From the NCBI GenBank assembly GCA_049290235.1, contig JBATNG010000004.1, positions 1-60,387 of the forward strand: 60,387 nt of DNA, written 5' to 3'. Made by a program: the position numbers and the translations under genes. Position 1 is the stretch's first letter; each line of letters opens with the position of its first letter. This document shows, one piece after another, positions 1-9,345 of this stretch. This DNA comes from Candidatus Moraniibacteriota bacterium. Its GTDB lineage: Bacteria > Patescibacteriota > Minisyncoccia > Moranbacterales > UBA1568. Below the pieces are notes generated by a model. It saw only the letters and a program-made list of their open reading frames with translations, did no database searches and had not been told where the DNA came from.

Positions 1-886
1 GCGAGAGTATGGTCTCGAGGAACTCAGACAGAGCCTCGGTGTATAGACGTTGTTTCGGCAGTTTCGTATTGATGAGCACCGATGCGTGGGGCCGGCGAGC
101 TGGTCGTACATACCCAGCACTTGTCACCGGACTGACTTCAACCCCCAACCCTGCTCGCCGAAAGAGTTCTAAGGCTGCCTGGAACCAGGTCGCGCTGCCT
201 TCGTTTGACAAGTGATAGATGCCTGGTGCGGGAGCCGCTTCGATGAGTTCACGGGTCGCGAGCGCGAGGTCCGGCGCATAGGTGAAACAACTCGTCTCGT
301 CATCCACAACTTCCACTCGCGTTTCGGTCTTGCCCTTAGCGAGCATCACTTCGAAGAAACTCAGCTTGCCAGTAGACGAACGCGCTGGTTCACCGAAGAG
401 TTTGGAGAGACGGATGAGGTAGGCTATACCGCCCGCCGCGAGGACTGCCTTCTCCCCTTCATACTTCGAAGTACCATACCGCGAGATCGGATTCGGTATC
501 GCGTCCTCGGAGTATCCAGCTTCGGCTGTCCCATCAAAGACATAGTCCGTCGAATAGTGAACGAAGACTACTCCATGTTCCCTAGCCGAGCGGGCCAGGT
601 ATCCAGGGACATCGCGGTTTAGGATGAGCGCCTTCCGATACTCTTCGTCATCCGTCTCGCAGGCGTCGACTGCATTGTAAGCGGCCGCATTGATGATAAC
701 TGCAGGAGCCAATGCCGAAATCTTGGCGAGTGTCGCTTCGCTATCCGTCAGATCGATGTCATCGATATCCCATGCCACAACCACGTACCCAGCCATGCGA
801 AATTCCTGGGACAATGCCTGCCCCAGCATACCCTTGGCCCCCAGGATAAGGACCTTTTTCTTCTCTTGTGGCGATGTTGCTTCCAT
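1..886 (-). CDS. rfbD: dTDP-4-dehydrorhamnose reductase (RmlD); 3' end runs off the left window edge
   Basis: Absent from the ORF track because no stop lies in the window. A minus-strand ATG at 886..884 opens a frame to position 1: MEATSPQEKKKVLILGAKGMLGQAL...VFVHYSTDYVFDGT...RYGTSKYEGE. It has a Rossmann N-terminus plus the STDYVFDG and YxxxK motifs. Confidence 0.85.
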   Translation of the reverse strand, partial: MEATSPQEKKKVLILGAKGMLGQALSQEFRMAGYVVVAWDIDDIDLTDSEATLAKISALAPAVIINAAAYNAVDACETDDEEYRKALILNRDVPGYLARSAREHGVVFVHYSTDYVFDGTAEAGYSEDAIPNPISRYGTSKYEGEKAVLAAGGIAYLIRLSKLFGEPARSSTGKLSFFEVMLAKGKTETRVEVVDDETSCFTYAPDLALATRELIEAAPAPGIYHLSNEGSATWFQAALELFRRAGLGVEVSPVTSAGYVRPARRPHASVLINTKLPKQRLYTEALSEFLETILS

Positions 887-943
887 AGTCAGTCTAGTAT
901 AGCAAACCGCTTCCGTCCGAAGAAACCCCTCACGAGTCTCCCC

Positions 944-1615
944 TTACTGAGCCGCTTGTGATCCGAGTACATCCGAGAAATCTCGGCTCGAGCCCTCGAT
1001 CATATCGACGTACGCGATACCAAGCGGTTCGAGGAGGAGCGTCGGGATGCGGCGCGTCGGTTCGAGCTCGATCCCCTGCCGGAGCATGCCGTCATGAACA
1101 GGAAAGACAACCTTCGGCTTCAATTGTTTAGCATACTCAATCGCCTCTTCGAGTCGCATCCATGGACCAGCGACTGGCAATGCGAGCACTGTGATGTCTT
1201 TCTTTGGATCATGGAAGGAATCGCCCGGATAAAACAGCGCGTGGTCGATGAAGAATCCCGTATTCTGCACCTTCGGCAGATCATGATGGATGCAGGCATG
1301 CTCACTGCCACAACTTTCAACCCGGACGCCTTTGATATCCAACGTCTCGCCGTCAACGATCGGCGTGTAGGGTATTCCCGCTTCATCAAGCATCTTACCA
1401 ACACTCGTGTGCGATATCACCTGTGCCGCTGGGTTCTTTCCGAGGATCACTCGCAGGCTTTCGATATGGAGATGGTCCCGATGTTCGTGCGAGATGAGGA
1501 TAGCGTCGACATCCCCGACGAGCGGAGTGTCATTGTACCTCCCCGGATCGGTCAGTAGCCGGACGCCCTTCGTCTCGATCAAGAGACAGCAATGCCCGAA
1601 TTTCGTGATGTTCAT
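944..1615 (-). CDS. MBL-fold metallo-hydrolase
   Basis: 223-aa ORF with the HxHxDH motif (ISHEHRDH) and downstream His/Asp ligand positions. Confidence 0.8.
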   Translation of the reverse strand: MNITKFGHCCLLIETKGVRLLTDPGRYNDTPLVGDVDAILISHEHRDHLHIESLRVILGKNPAAQVISHTSVGKMLDEAGIPYTPIVDGETLDIKGVRVESCGSEHACIHHDLPKVQNTGFFIDHALFYPGDSFHDPKKDITVLALPVAGPWMRLEEAIEYAKQLKPKVVFPVHDGMLRQGIELEPTRRIPTLLLEPLGIAYVDMIEGSSRDFSDVLGSQAAQ

Positions 1616-1944
1616 AGCTCCTTGTTGTGTTTTTCCTTGATTTTTTCTATTTTTGCAGCGAGCGCCGGCATGACGTCGACACCCATCACCTTGGCCAAGA
1701 GGAATGTGACAATCAGCACATCAGCGAATTCCCCTTCGAGGTTGCCCGCTTTCCCGTCCGTGAGCTTGCCCTTCCGCTGATCGCCGACTGAAGCTAGCAC
1801 CGCATCGCACAATTCGCCGTATTCTTCTCCAAGCTTGATCGTCCGAGCGAAGACTCGCTCGCGCTCACTGTAATCCGCACCCTTCATCACTCGGAGTAAT
1901 TCGTCCTGTTCATCGATAAATTTTTGAAAATCTTCGAGGGTCAT
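1612..1944 (-). CDS. MazG-like nucleotide pyrophosphohydrolase
   Basis: 110 aa. It has an EExxE-type helical motif (LGEEYGELCDAV ... EGEFADVL). Its 4-nt overlap with the downstream ORF suggests an operon. Confidence 0.65.
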   Translation of the reverse strand: MTLEDFQKFIDEQDELLRVMKGADYSERERVFARTIKLGEEYGELCDAVLASVGDQRKGKLTDGKAGNLEGEFADVLIVTFLLAKVMGVDVMPALAAKIEKIKEKHNKEL

Positions 1945-2016
1945 AATTCAACAGCTATCTTTTTTCATACTGTTCGGAATAGTACTTCTGATACTCCCCG
2001 CTCTTTCGCTCTTCCA

Positions 2017-2958
2017 CTAGACTTCATTTGTCCGAAACCATTCCACCGTCTTGGCGAGTCCCTCTTCGAGGGTCACTTGCGGTTGCCAGCCGAGCTCGCG
2101 CTCGATCTTGCCGTAGTCGATGGCATAGCGCCGGTCATGACCCGGGCGATCTTTCACATACTCGATCAGACTCTCATCTTTGCCGAGGAGCGCGAGGAGC
2201 TGCTTCACGATCCAGATATTTTGCTCTTCGCCGTCACCGCCGATGCAGTACGTCTCGCCGATCTTTCCCTGACGGAGGATGAGATCGATGGCGCGACAGT
2301 GATCCTCGACATAGAGCCAGTCGCGCACCTGGGCGCCGTCGCCATAGACCGGCACGGATTTTCCTTCGAGGAGATTGGTAATCGCGAGCGGGATGAGTTT
2401 TTCGGGGAAATGGTAGGGGCCGTAGTTGTTGGAGCAGTTGGAAATCGTCACAGGCAGACCATAGGTATGAAAATACGCCCGTACCAAATGGTCTGAGGCT
2501 GCCTTGCTTGCGCTATAGGGACTCCTCGGATCGTATGGTGTAGATTCGTCAAAGGCGGGATCCGTCGGAGCAAGCGCGCCGAACACCTCATCGGTCGAGA
2601 CATGATGGAAGCGTTTCCCGTATTTCCGAGCGGCTTCAAGGAGCGTGAACGTACCCATCACATTGGTCCGGACGAAAGCCTCCGGACCGAGGATAGAGCG
2701 ATCGACATGACTCTCAGCGGCGAAGTGGACAATTGCATCGCACTCCGCCACGAGCGGATCGACAAGTGAAGCATCCGCGATATCACCTTGCACGAAACTG
2801 TGTCGCGGGTCATCAGTATACTTCGCGACGTTTTCCAGGTTGCCCGCATATGTGAGCAGGTCGAGATTGACGACACTGTCCTCAGGATAGGTATCAAGGA
2901 TATGGTGAATGAAGTTGGAGCCGATAAATCCCGCCCCGCCAGTAACGAGTAACTTCAT
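2017..2958 (-). CDS. rfbB: dTDP-glucose 4,6-dehydratase
   Basis: 313 aa: [16 protein letters not shown]..., YSASKAASD (YxxxK), HVSTDEVFG. Classic RmlB. Confidence 0.95.
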   Translation of the reverse strand: MKLLVTGGAGFIGSNFIHHILDTYPEDSVVNLDLLTYAGNLENVAKYTDDPRHSFVQGDIADASLVDPLVAECDAIVHFAAESHVDRSILGPEAFVRTNVMGTFTLLEAARKYGKRFHHVSTDEVFGALAPTDPAFDESTPYDPRSPYSASKAASDHLVRAYFHTYGLPVTISNCSNNYGPYHFPEKLIPLAITNLLEGKSVPVYGDGAQVRDWLYVEDHCRAIDLILRQGKIGETYCIGGDGEEQNIWIVKQLLALLGKDESLIEYVKDRPGHDRRYAIDYGKIERELGWQPQVTLEEGLAKTVEWFRTNEV

Positions 2959-2961
2959 ATA

Positions 2962-3543
2962 CTAATTATTAAAGGTGAACTCTTGAGCGATCTCTGTGAG
3001 GAGCGGTTGTTGTTTGTCTTTCTCCGACACGATCGGATCAGCCACGCCCCACACGATCCCGATCGTTGGATCATTCCAGCGGACACCGCGGTCATGTGCC
3101 TTGGAGTACACGTTCGTGCACTTGTAGGAAAAGATCGTTTCATCCTCGAGCGCGACGAAGCCGTGCGCGAAACCAGCTGGGATCCAGAACTGACGATGAT
3201 TCTCGGCTGAAAGTTCCACCGCGACGTACCGGCCAAAGGTCGGCGAACCAGTCCGGATGTCGAGCGCCACATCCAAGACGCGGCCGCGGAGCACCGAAAC
3301 CAGTTTTCCCTGGGCAAAGGGCGGCGTCTGGTAGTGTAGCCCACGAATTACACCTTTTTTCGAAACCGACACGTTATCCTGAACAAACACACCCGGGATT
3401 CCTGCTTCCCGGTAGCGGTCACTATTATAGGATTCGAGGAAATAACCCCGATCGTCGCGAAAAATATCCGGTTCAACAACAAGTAATCCTTCAATATCGG
3501 CTTTCGTCACATTCATAAGAATAATCAGATCATTTGCCTTCAT
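2962..3543 (-). CDS. rfbC: dTDP-4-dehydrorhamnose 3,5-epimerase
   Basis: 193 aa: RGLHYQ..PFAQGKLV..V.G...DVALDIR; cupin-type RmlC signature. Confidence 0.93.
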   Translation of the reverse strand: MKANDLIILMNVTKADIEGLLVVEPDIFRDDRGYFLESYNSDRYREAGIPGVFVQDNVSVSKKGVIRGLHYQTPPFAQGKLVSVLRGRVLDVALDIRTGSPTFGRYVAVELSAENHRQFWIPAGFAHGFVALEDETIFSYKCTNVYSKAHDRGVRWNDPTIGIVWGVADPIVSEKDKQQPLLTEIAQEFTFNN

Positions 3544-3606
3544 CCTACCCTATCTCCAGGAAACGAAAAAGCGCTCAGATTTCCTCTCCGGGCGCCTTTC
3601 TATTTA

Positions 3607-3996
3607 CTACAGTTTGATGTCATTCATCACGTCCTCGAGCGACCGCGGGGCCGGTGTCGGCTGGACCACGTGCTCAAACGGTTCGTTCGGGCTGACTGGT
3701 GCCTCGACGGGTTCTTCGCGTTTCCGCTCATGCCGCTGACCGCCTTCCGGTTCATTAATCTTCAGATTGACCCGCGCACTGTTCCGAGCCCCGATGACAC
3801 GCAGCAGCGTCCGGAGGGCCTTGGCAGTCATCCCCTCGCGACCGATCACCATCCCCATATCGTCGGCGTGCACATCGAGTGTGATGAGTACTCCCATCTC
3901 ATCGACCTTTCGATCGACCTTCACACTGTCCGGATTATCGACCAGCATCTTCACCACGTATTCGATAAATTCCTTGTCCCGTGCTTCGTCTGTCAT
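3607..3996 (-). CDS. KH-domain RNA-binding protein (YlqC-like) with a Pro/Glu-rich C-terminal extension
   Basis: 129 aa with the VIGREGMTAKALRTLL (GxxG KH) motif. Confidence 0.75.
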   Translation of the reverse strand: MTDEARDKEFIEYVVKMLVDNPDSVKVDRKVDEMGVLITLDVHADDMGMVIGREGMTAKALRTLLRVIGARNSARVNLKINEPEGGQRHERKREEPVEAPVSPNEPFEHVVQPTPAPRSLEDVMNDIKL

Positions 3997-4071
3997 ACAC
4001 GTCCTAGAGTGAGTTAAGGTTATGCTCTTATCTTATGCCAAGCCAGGTGAAAATTCAATTCTTGTCCAGGG

Positions 4072-5391
4072 CTAACTCCATTCTTCGGGTGCGACGAACG
4101 GTGTCGATCGCCAGGCTGCTGATTGGCGGCAGAGCTTCTCTCGTCGTTCTCGCTCATCCCACTCACCCAAGAGCTGTGCCACGATGAGCTCCATCCGAAG
4201 GCCTTGTGAACCCTTCACCAGGATCAAATCACCAGGCCGGATGCATTCGCCGATCCTCTCCGCAGCCGCGACTGGGTCAGGAAAATGGAAGATGCTCTTC
4301 TCGGGGAAATTTGTCCCGCGCAAAGCATCTGCCAAGAAACGCATGTGTTGACCGACACCGATGAAGACAGTCGCGCCACTCGCTATAACCGCATCCCGAA
4401 GCGCCCGGTGTGCTTCATCCGAATCGGCCCCAATCTCCAGCATATCCCCCAACATGATGACTTTCCGCGGCGCGATGATTTCACGGACCGTCGCCAGCGC
4501 CGCCTCAGTGGAAACTTGAGAAGCGTTGTAGGTGTCGTCGATGATACGAATGTCACGACCCAATAGCACGTTCATCCGTCCCGGCAATGGTTTATATTCG
4601 GCCAACGCCGACGCGATATCGACGAGGTTCATCCGAAGCGCCATACCGACGGCCGCGGCAGCCAACACGGCTGACAAGTGATGCCGCGCGATGATATACG
4701 GGAGGCGAACCGGGATGCTCTTGCCGCCAGAATTGAGCTTGAAGGATATCCCCTCGATTCGGCTTCCTTCCTGGAGGAGTCGGATATTGTCCGCTACCAA
4801 AGTCGATGTCACCGCAAAGCCATAGGAGATGATCTTGCCATGGGTCCGCTCGTTCTGTTGCATCACCCGCTCATCATCCGCGTTGAGCACCGCGAAGCCC
4901 TCCTCGGGAAGTGCCGCGATCAGTTTCCCTTTCTCCTTCGCGATATGGGCTAGGCTCTCAAAATTCGCCAGATGGCTTTCCGCGATCCGGGTCAGCACCG
5001 CAATATCCGGCCGGACAATCCCGAGGAGATAATCCATGTCGCCCGGGTGATCGACCCCCATCTCGAGTACGAGCACTTCGGGATAGGTTTCGAGATGGAA
5101 GGTGATCGCCGCCGCGTGGATAGCTGCCCCGACCCACAGTACGAGCGATCGTCCCGGGCTTAGGACCCCGAGAATCGCGGCCGGGAGTCCAAATTCATTG
5201 TTATAGTTGCCAGGCGAGAAACGGACGGTGTAATTTTTTGAGAGCACCAGAGCGATCGCTTCCTTGGCCGAACTCTTGCCGACCGAACCAGTGATGCCGA
5301 CGACGATCGGTCGTCGCGATCGCAGTACGATGCGTGCCAGCATACTGAGCACCGCGGCGAATTTTTTCTTCAGGCGCATTCCGGGCGTCAT
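4072..5391 (-). CDS. murF: UDP-N-acetylmuramoyl-tripeptide--D-alanyl-D-alanine ligase
   Basis: 439 aa with a Mur ligase P-loop (GITGSVGKSS), the DDTYNAS motif, and a position in the dcw cluster. Confidence 0.9.
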   Translation of the reverse strand: MTPGMRLKKKFAAVLSMLARIVLRSRRPIVVGITGSVGKSSAKEAIALVLSKNYTVRFSPGNYNNEFGLPAAILGVLSPGRSLVLWVGAAIHAAAITFHLETYPEVLVLEMGVDHPGDMDYLLGIVRPDIAVLTRIAESHLANFESLAHIAKEKGKLIAALPEEGFAVLNADDERVMQQNERTHGKIISYGFAVTSTLVADNIRLLQEGSRIEGISFKLNSGGKSIPVRLPYIIARHHLSAVLAAAAVGMALRMNLVDIASALAEYKPLPGRMNVLLGRDIRIIDDTYNASQVSTEAALATVREIIAPRKVIMLGDMLEIGADSDEAHRALRDAVIASGATVFIGVGQHMRFLADALRGTNFPEKSIFHFPDPVAAAERIGECIRPGDLILVKGSQGLRMELIVAQLLGEWDERERREKLCRQSAAWRSTPFVAPEEWS

Positions 5392-5395
5392 AGGT

Positions 5396-7162
5396 TCATT
5401 TCTTTATCGGCTCAGACGTCGGTACTTTAGCATACGAGAGGAGAAACTGCATGATCGCACCGAACGTCGGGGCAGCACTCGACTCGGCCCACTGCACATC
5501 CTTCGGATTATCGAACTTCACCACGATGACGAAACGCGGATCATTGATCGGCGCATACCCGGCAAAGGAGCCGATGGTGATGTTCTCGTCATATCCCTTC
5601 GATCCAGACTTGGCGACTTGCGCCGTCCCGGTCTTGCCACCGACGAGATATCCGGGCACATCGGCCCGTTTGCCATGGCCGTTCACGACGACACTCCGGA
5701 GCATCACGCCCATTTGCCTCGCCGTCTCTCCCGAGAGCACACGTCGGACTTCCTCGGGCTCAATCGGCTGCGCCTGACCGTCGGCCGCGATGATCCGGTC
5801 GACAATCCGCGGTTTCATCAAGATGCCGTCATTGGCCAGCACACCGTAAGCCATCGCCAGCTGCAATGGCGTCACCGTGATCCCCTGACCGAACGACGCT
5901 GTCATGAACTGAATGGTCGATTTCACATTATCGAGGTTGCGGAGATTCCCCGCGTGTTCCGCCGGAAGACGGATACCCGTTTTCGTGCCGAAGCCGAAGT
6001 TTCGGAGACCCTCTCGGAACGCAGCCGGGCCGACCAGACGCTCGACATACATGACGCCCGTATTGATGGATTGCTCGAGAACCTTCGTCATCGTGCTCCG
6101 ACCATAGACCTTGCCTTCCGCATTCTGGATGCTATAGCCCGCCTCTTGGACTGCTCCGGTATCGACGAATTCCGTACTCGGACTGACTTTCCCGGCTTCG
6201 ATACCGATGGCCATAGTGATCGGTTTCAAGACTGACCCGGATTCGTACGGCAGACTGATGAGCGGGTTCATGAACCGGCTGATGTCTTCGGTCTTCCCGT
6301 ACTCATTCGGATCGAACTGCGGGACACTCGCCATCGCCAGGATTTTCCCCGTCTTCGGTTCGAGCACGATCGCTGCGGCTGTGTCGGCATTGTATTGCTC
6401 GCGCGCCTCAGACAGTATTTTTTCGACTTCGTACTGGATCACCCGGTCAATCGTCAAGACCAGGCTTTCGCCATCCACTGGCTCCACATGATCGCGATCC
6501 GTAAGCGATATCCATCGACCCGCCGCATCGCGTTCCTGCGACAAGTTGCCGTCTCGCCCGTGCAATTCGCTGTTCCATCCTGCCTCGACACCATAGATAC
6601 CGATCTCCCCCACATCGCTCGGTCCGACAAAACCGATCACTTGGGAAGCCAACTCGCCGGCTGGATAGTACCGGTAGATTTCGGGGAGAAAATTCACTCC
6701 CTTCAGATGGAGTTCACGCAGCTTCGCTTCTTCCTCCGGTGTGATCTTTTTCTTGATGACTTCAAAAGGGTCCGCCCGATCCGAAAGCCGATCACGCACC
6801 ATTGACTCTTCGACACCGAGCACCGCGGAGAGCGCCACTGCTGTCCCGGCGACATCCTCGACGAGCTTCGGGATGACATACGCGAGCTTGTATTCGCGAT
6901 TGACCGCGACCGGATACGACAAGTCTCTATCACGCAAGGCGATGCCACCCCGTTCCGCGCGGAGGGCCTGATCGACCAGATGCTGCCCCTCGGCCATGGT
7001 CACCCATTTCTCACGTCCGACGACCTGCAAGACATACAGCCGACCGATGATAATGAGACCGACCACAAACAAAGCGCCCCGAAAAAAATACAGCCGCCAA
7101 TGCGAAGCGAGGCGGGAGAGTTGAGCCGTGGGTGGACGAGAGGCCCGACGAGCGGTGCGCAT
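5396..7162 (-). CDS. ftsI: Penicillin-binding protein 2 / FtsI-type transpeptidase
   Basis: 588 aa with an N-terminal TM segment and the SxxK (SVLKP), SxN (SIN) and KTG (KTGTA) motifs; dcw context. Confidence 0.9.
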   Translation of the reverse strand: MRTARRASRPPTAQLSRLASHWRLYFFRGALFVVGLIIIGRLYVLQVVGREKWVTMAEGQHLVDQALRAERGGIALRDRDLSYPVAVNREYKLAYVIPKLVEDVAGTAVALSAVLGVEESMVRDRLSDRADPFEVIKKKITPEEEAKLRELHLKGVNFLPEIYRYYPAGELASQVIGFVGPSDVGEIGIYGVEAGWNSELHGRDGNLSQERDAAGRWISLTDRDHVEPVDGESLVLTIDRVIQYEVEKILSEAREQYNADTAAAIVLEPKTGKILAMASVPQFDPNEYGKTEDISRFMNPLISLPYESGSVLKPITMAIGIEAGKVSPSTEFVDTGAVQEAGYSIQNAEGKVYGRSTMTKVLEQSINTGVMYVERLVGPAAFREGLRNFGFGTKTGIRLPAEHAGNLRNLDNVKSTIQFMTASFGQGITVTPLQLAMAYGVLANDGILMKPRIVDRIIAADGQAQPIEPEEVRRVLSGETARQMGVMLRSVVVNGHGKRADVPGYLVGGKTGTAQVAKSGSKGYDENITIGSFAGYAPINDPRFVIVVKFDNPKDVQWAESSAAPTFGAIMQFLLSYAKVPTSEPIKK

Positions 7163-7172
7163 ACCTGAATCA

Positions 7173-7553
7173 TCAGCGGATTGCGACGGTATTGGAATGA
7201 GTCGTGATCACGGTCGTGGTTTCAGCCTTCTCCATCCGCAGATCGAGACTGCCCGCTTCAACTCGCGTCAGCGATATCGCTTCAGCTTCGCGGACACGGA
7301 GCTCAGCGTTGGCCTTTTTTAATTCTTTTAAATCTTTTTCCAGCGTCCGGATCGCATAGCCTTGGACGGCGCTCCGATTGACCGCATAAACATAGAGTCC
7401 CGCCGAGACGAGCGAAAACGACAATAGTACCACGATTGCGACATGTGCCGCACCAGCATGCACTGCGGAGCGTTTTACTCGTGTGGTAGAGGTATTCAGA
7501 CTGTTGCGTTCCGTGGTATGTCGCATATTTTTGTTTTTTATTTTTTCCGCCAT
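7173..7553 (-). CDS. ftsL: Cell-division protein FtsL-like (single TM + coiled coil)
   Basis: 126 aa, one TM helix followed by a coiled-coil segment. It sits between rsmH and ftsI. Confidence 0.6.
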   Translation of the reverse strand: MAEKIKNKNMRHTTERNSLNTSTTRVKRSAVHAGAAHVAIVVLLSFSLVSAGLYVYAVNRSAVQGYAIRTLEKDLKELKKANAELRVREAEAISLTRVEAGSLDLRMEKAETTTVITTHSNTVAIR

Positions 7554-7577
7554 GGGCGGACCAGCCTTGGGCTGGGA

Positions 7578-8507
7578 TTATTTCCGCTCGACGACCCGGA
7601 GTTTGGCGCTGCGGGCGCGAGGATTGATTCGGATCTCGGACGAGCTTGGGACGAGCGGTTTTTTCGTCACCCAGCGCAGTCGCGGATTCTCTGATCGGAT
7701 TTCTGCTTGAAACAGGTGCTTCACCAGTGTGTCTTCGCCCGAGTGGAAGGAGACAATCGCTGCCCGGCCGCCTGGTCGGAGCACAACCGGGAGTGCCGAG
7801 AGGAAGCGCTCGAGATGAGCGCGTTCACTGTTGACGGCCATTCGCAATGCCTGAAACACTTTCGTCGCTGGATGCGTTTTGCTTCGGCGCCGGGCCAAGA
7901 CGACATTCGCCCAGATGAGTTCCCGGAGCTCTGTCGTCGTCGCAAGCGGCGCTTTCCGACGGGCGATCCCGATGGCGGCTGCGATCCGCTCGGCTTCCGG
8001 TTCATCACCATAGGTCCGGAAGAGATCGGCCAATGCCTCTTCATCCCACTGATTGAGGATATGCCGCGCTTCGACCGTCTCGGCGGTGTTGAGTCGCATA
8101 TCGAGTGGACCGTCGAGCTGGAAACTGATGCCGCGCAGCGGATCGGCGAGCTGATCACTCGAGAGACCGAGGTCGGCCACGATAGCATCCGCTCGTTCCC
8201 ATCCGTTCTCCTGAAGGATTGCCACGATCGCCGCATACGATGTCCGGCTGAGGACGAGCCGACCCGTGTCGAGTTCTGCCTTCAAAACATCGTCTTGCTG
8301 CGCCCGCTCCCGGAAACGATCGATCGCGGTCTGGTCCCAGTCGATGGCGATGACCCGCCCCGCCGCACCGACGGCTTTGAGGAGCGCCCGGGTGTATCCC
8401 CCGCCGCCCAAAGTCGCATCCACCACTCTCATCCCCGGTCGGAGCGCGAGCACTTCCAGTACCGGCTCAAGCATGACGGGCGTATGCTCCGTATTTCCCT
8501 GTTCCAT
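7578..8507 (-). CDS. rsmH: 16S rRNA (cytosine1402-N4)-methyltransferase
   Basis: 309 aa: HTPVMLEPVLE...DATLGGGGYT...DLGLSSDQL; canonical RsmH/MraW. Confidence 0.95.
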   Translation of the reverse strand: MEQGNTEHTPVMLEPVLEVLALRPGMRVVDATLGGGGYTRALLKAVGAAGRVIAIDWDQTAIDRFRERAQQDDVLKAELDTGRLVLSRTSYAAIVAILQENGWERADAIVADLGLSSDQLADPLRGISFQLDGPLDMRLNTAETVEARHILNQWDEEALADLFRTYGDEPEAERIAAAIGIARRKAPLATTTELRELIWANVVLARRRSKTHPATKVFQALRMAVNSERAHLERFLSALPVVLRPGGRAAIVSFHSGEDTLVKHLFQAEIRSENPRLRWVTKKPLVPSSSEIRINPRARSAKLRVVERK

Positions 8508-8530
8508 ATTGTTGAGGTACGTATTCGTGA

Positions 8531-8965
8531 CTAGTAGACACCGAGCTTGCCCAGTTCGTTCGCAATCTTTTCGGTATTCTTTTCAGCTTGGTGTTTGTAT
8601 TTCTGCCACTCTCGCGTGTCCCAGATCTCGAGCCGATTGTAGAGACCGACAACCGTCACTTCCTTCTTCAGTCCTGCCTCAGTCTTGAGGTATTCGGGAA
8701 TGAGGACGCGACCCTGACTATCAAGCTCGCAATCAGTCGCACCAGCGAGCATGAGCCGGATGAAACTGCGCGTCCCGGTCTCGCCCACTGGGAGCGATCC
8801 AAGTTTACTCGCGAGTTCCTCCCACACCTTCATCGGATAGACGAAGAGCGAATGGTCGAGTCCGCGTGTCACGACGACCCGGGTCCCGAGCTCGCCTCGA
8901 AACTTTGAAGGGAGCGCCAGGCGCTTTTTGGGATCGATGGAGTGTTGGTACTCGCCGATGAACAT
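8531..8965 (-). CDS. mraZ: Transcriptional regulator MraZ
   Basis: 144 aa: MFIGEYQHSIDPKKRLALPSKFR ... a second DxxxR repeat (ELDSQGRVLIP). Confidence 0.95.
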   Translation of the reverse strand: MFIGEYQHSIDPKKRLALPSKFRGELGTRVVVTRGLDHSLFVYPMKVWEELASKLGSLPVGETGTRSFIRLMLAGATDCELDSQGRVLIPEYLKTEAGLKKEVTVVGLYNRLEIWDTREWQKYKHQAEKNTEKIANELGKLGVY

Positions 8966-9050
8966 AAGCGCAAAACCTTATCCGACAAACTCTTGTGCTG
9001 AGCTTGTCGAAGCGTGGCAAAAGCGAACAGCGGGAGTGCTTTTGTGAAAT

Positions 9051-9098
9051 TCACCACATTTCACCACTTCACTGTTCTTAATACCCATTTTACGCCAC
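9051..9098 (-). promoter_or_regulatory. Candidate MraZ operator boxes upstream of mraZ
   Basis: On the minus strand, GTGGTGAA occurs twice exactly 10 nt apart (plus-strand TTCACCAC at 9050-9057 and 9060-9067). A third GAAGTGGCG box lies at about 9094-9102. Confidence 0.45.
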
Positions 9099-9125
9099 TT
9101 CGTAAAAACCTGCAAATAGCCATAT

Positions 9126-9156
9126 AAAAAGCCAAAAACGCCGCTCGTACGGCGCT
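9126..9156 (-). terminator. Intrinsic terminator downstream of pepA
   Basis: Minus-strand AGCGCCG-uacgag-CGGCGUU hairpin followed by UUUUGGCUUUUU. Confidence 0.7.
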
Positions 9157-9345
9157 GCATATCCTATCTTTTCTTGATCAGTCCTTCTAAAAAGAAAGAG
9201 AGGCGCAACGTTGTGCAACCTCATCCTGCAGGTGCCGGTCCTTCCACAGGACCAAGATTGGGCGTCAAAGACAATGTTGGTGGTTGGGGGTGGAAGGAAT
9301 TAGCACTTCCAGTATACACCCGGCGGAGCAATCCACAAGTTTCTG

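Noticed and set aside
9271-9345. A plus-strand TGGTGG, which could be the reverse complement of a tRNA 3' ...CCACCA end.
   Set aside because: The adjacent hairpin has a 9-nt loop without a TTC motif. No 5' acceptor strand complementary to the putative 3' strand is present within 90 nt.
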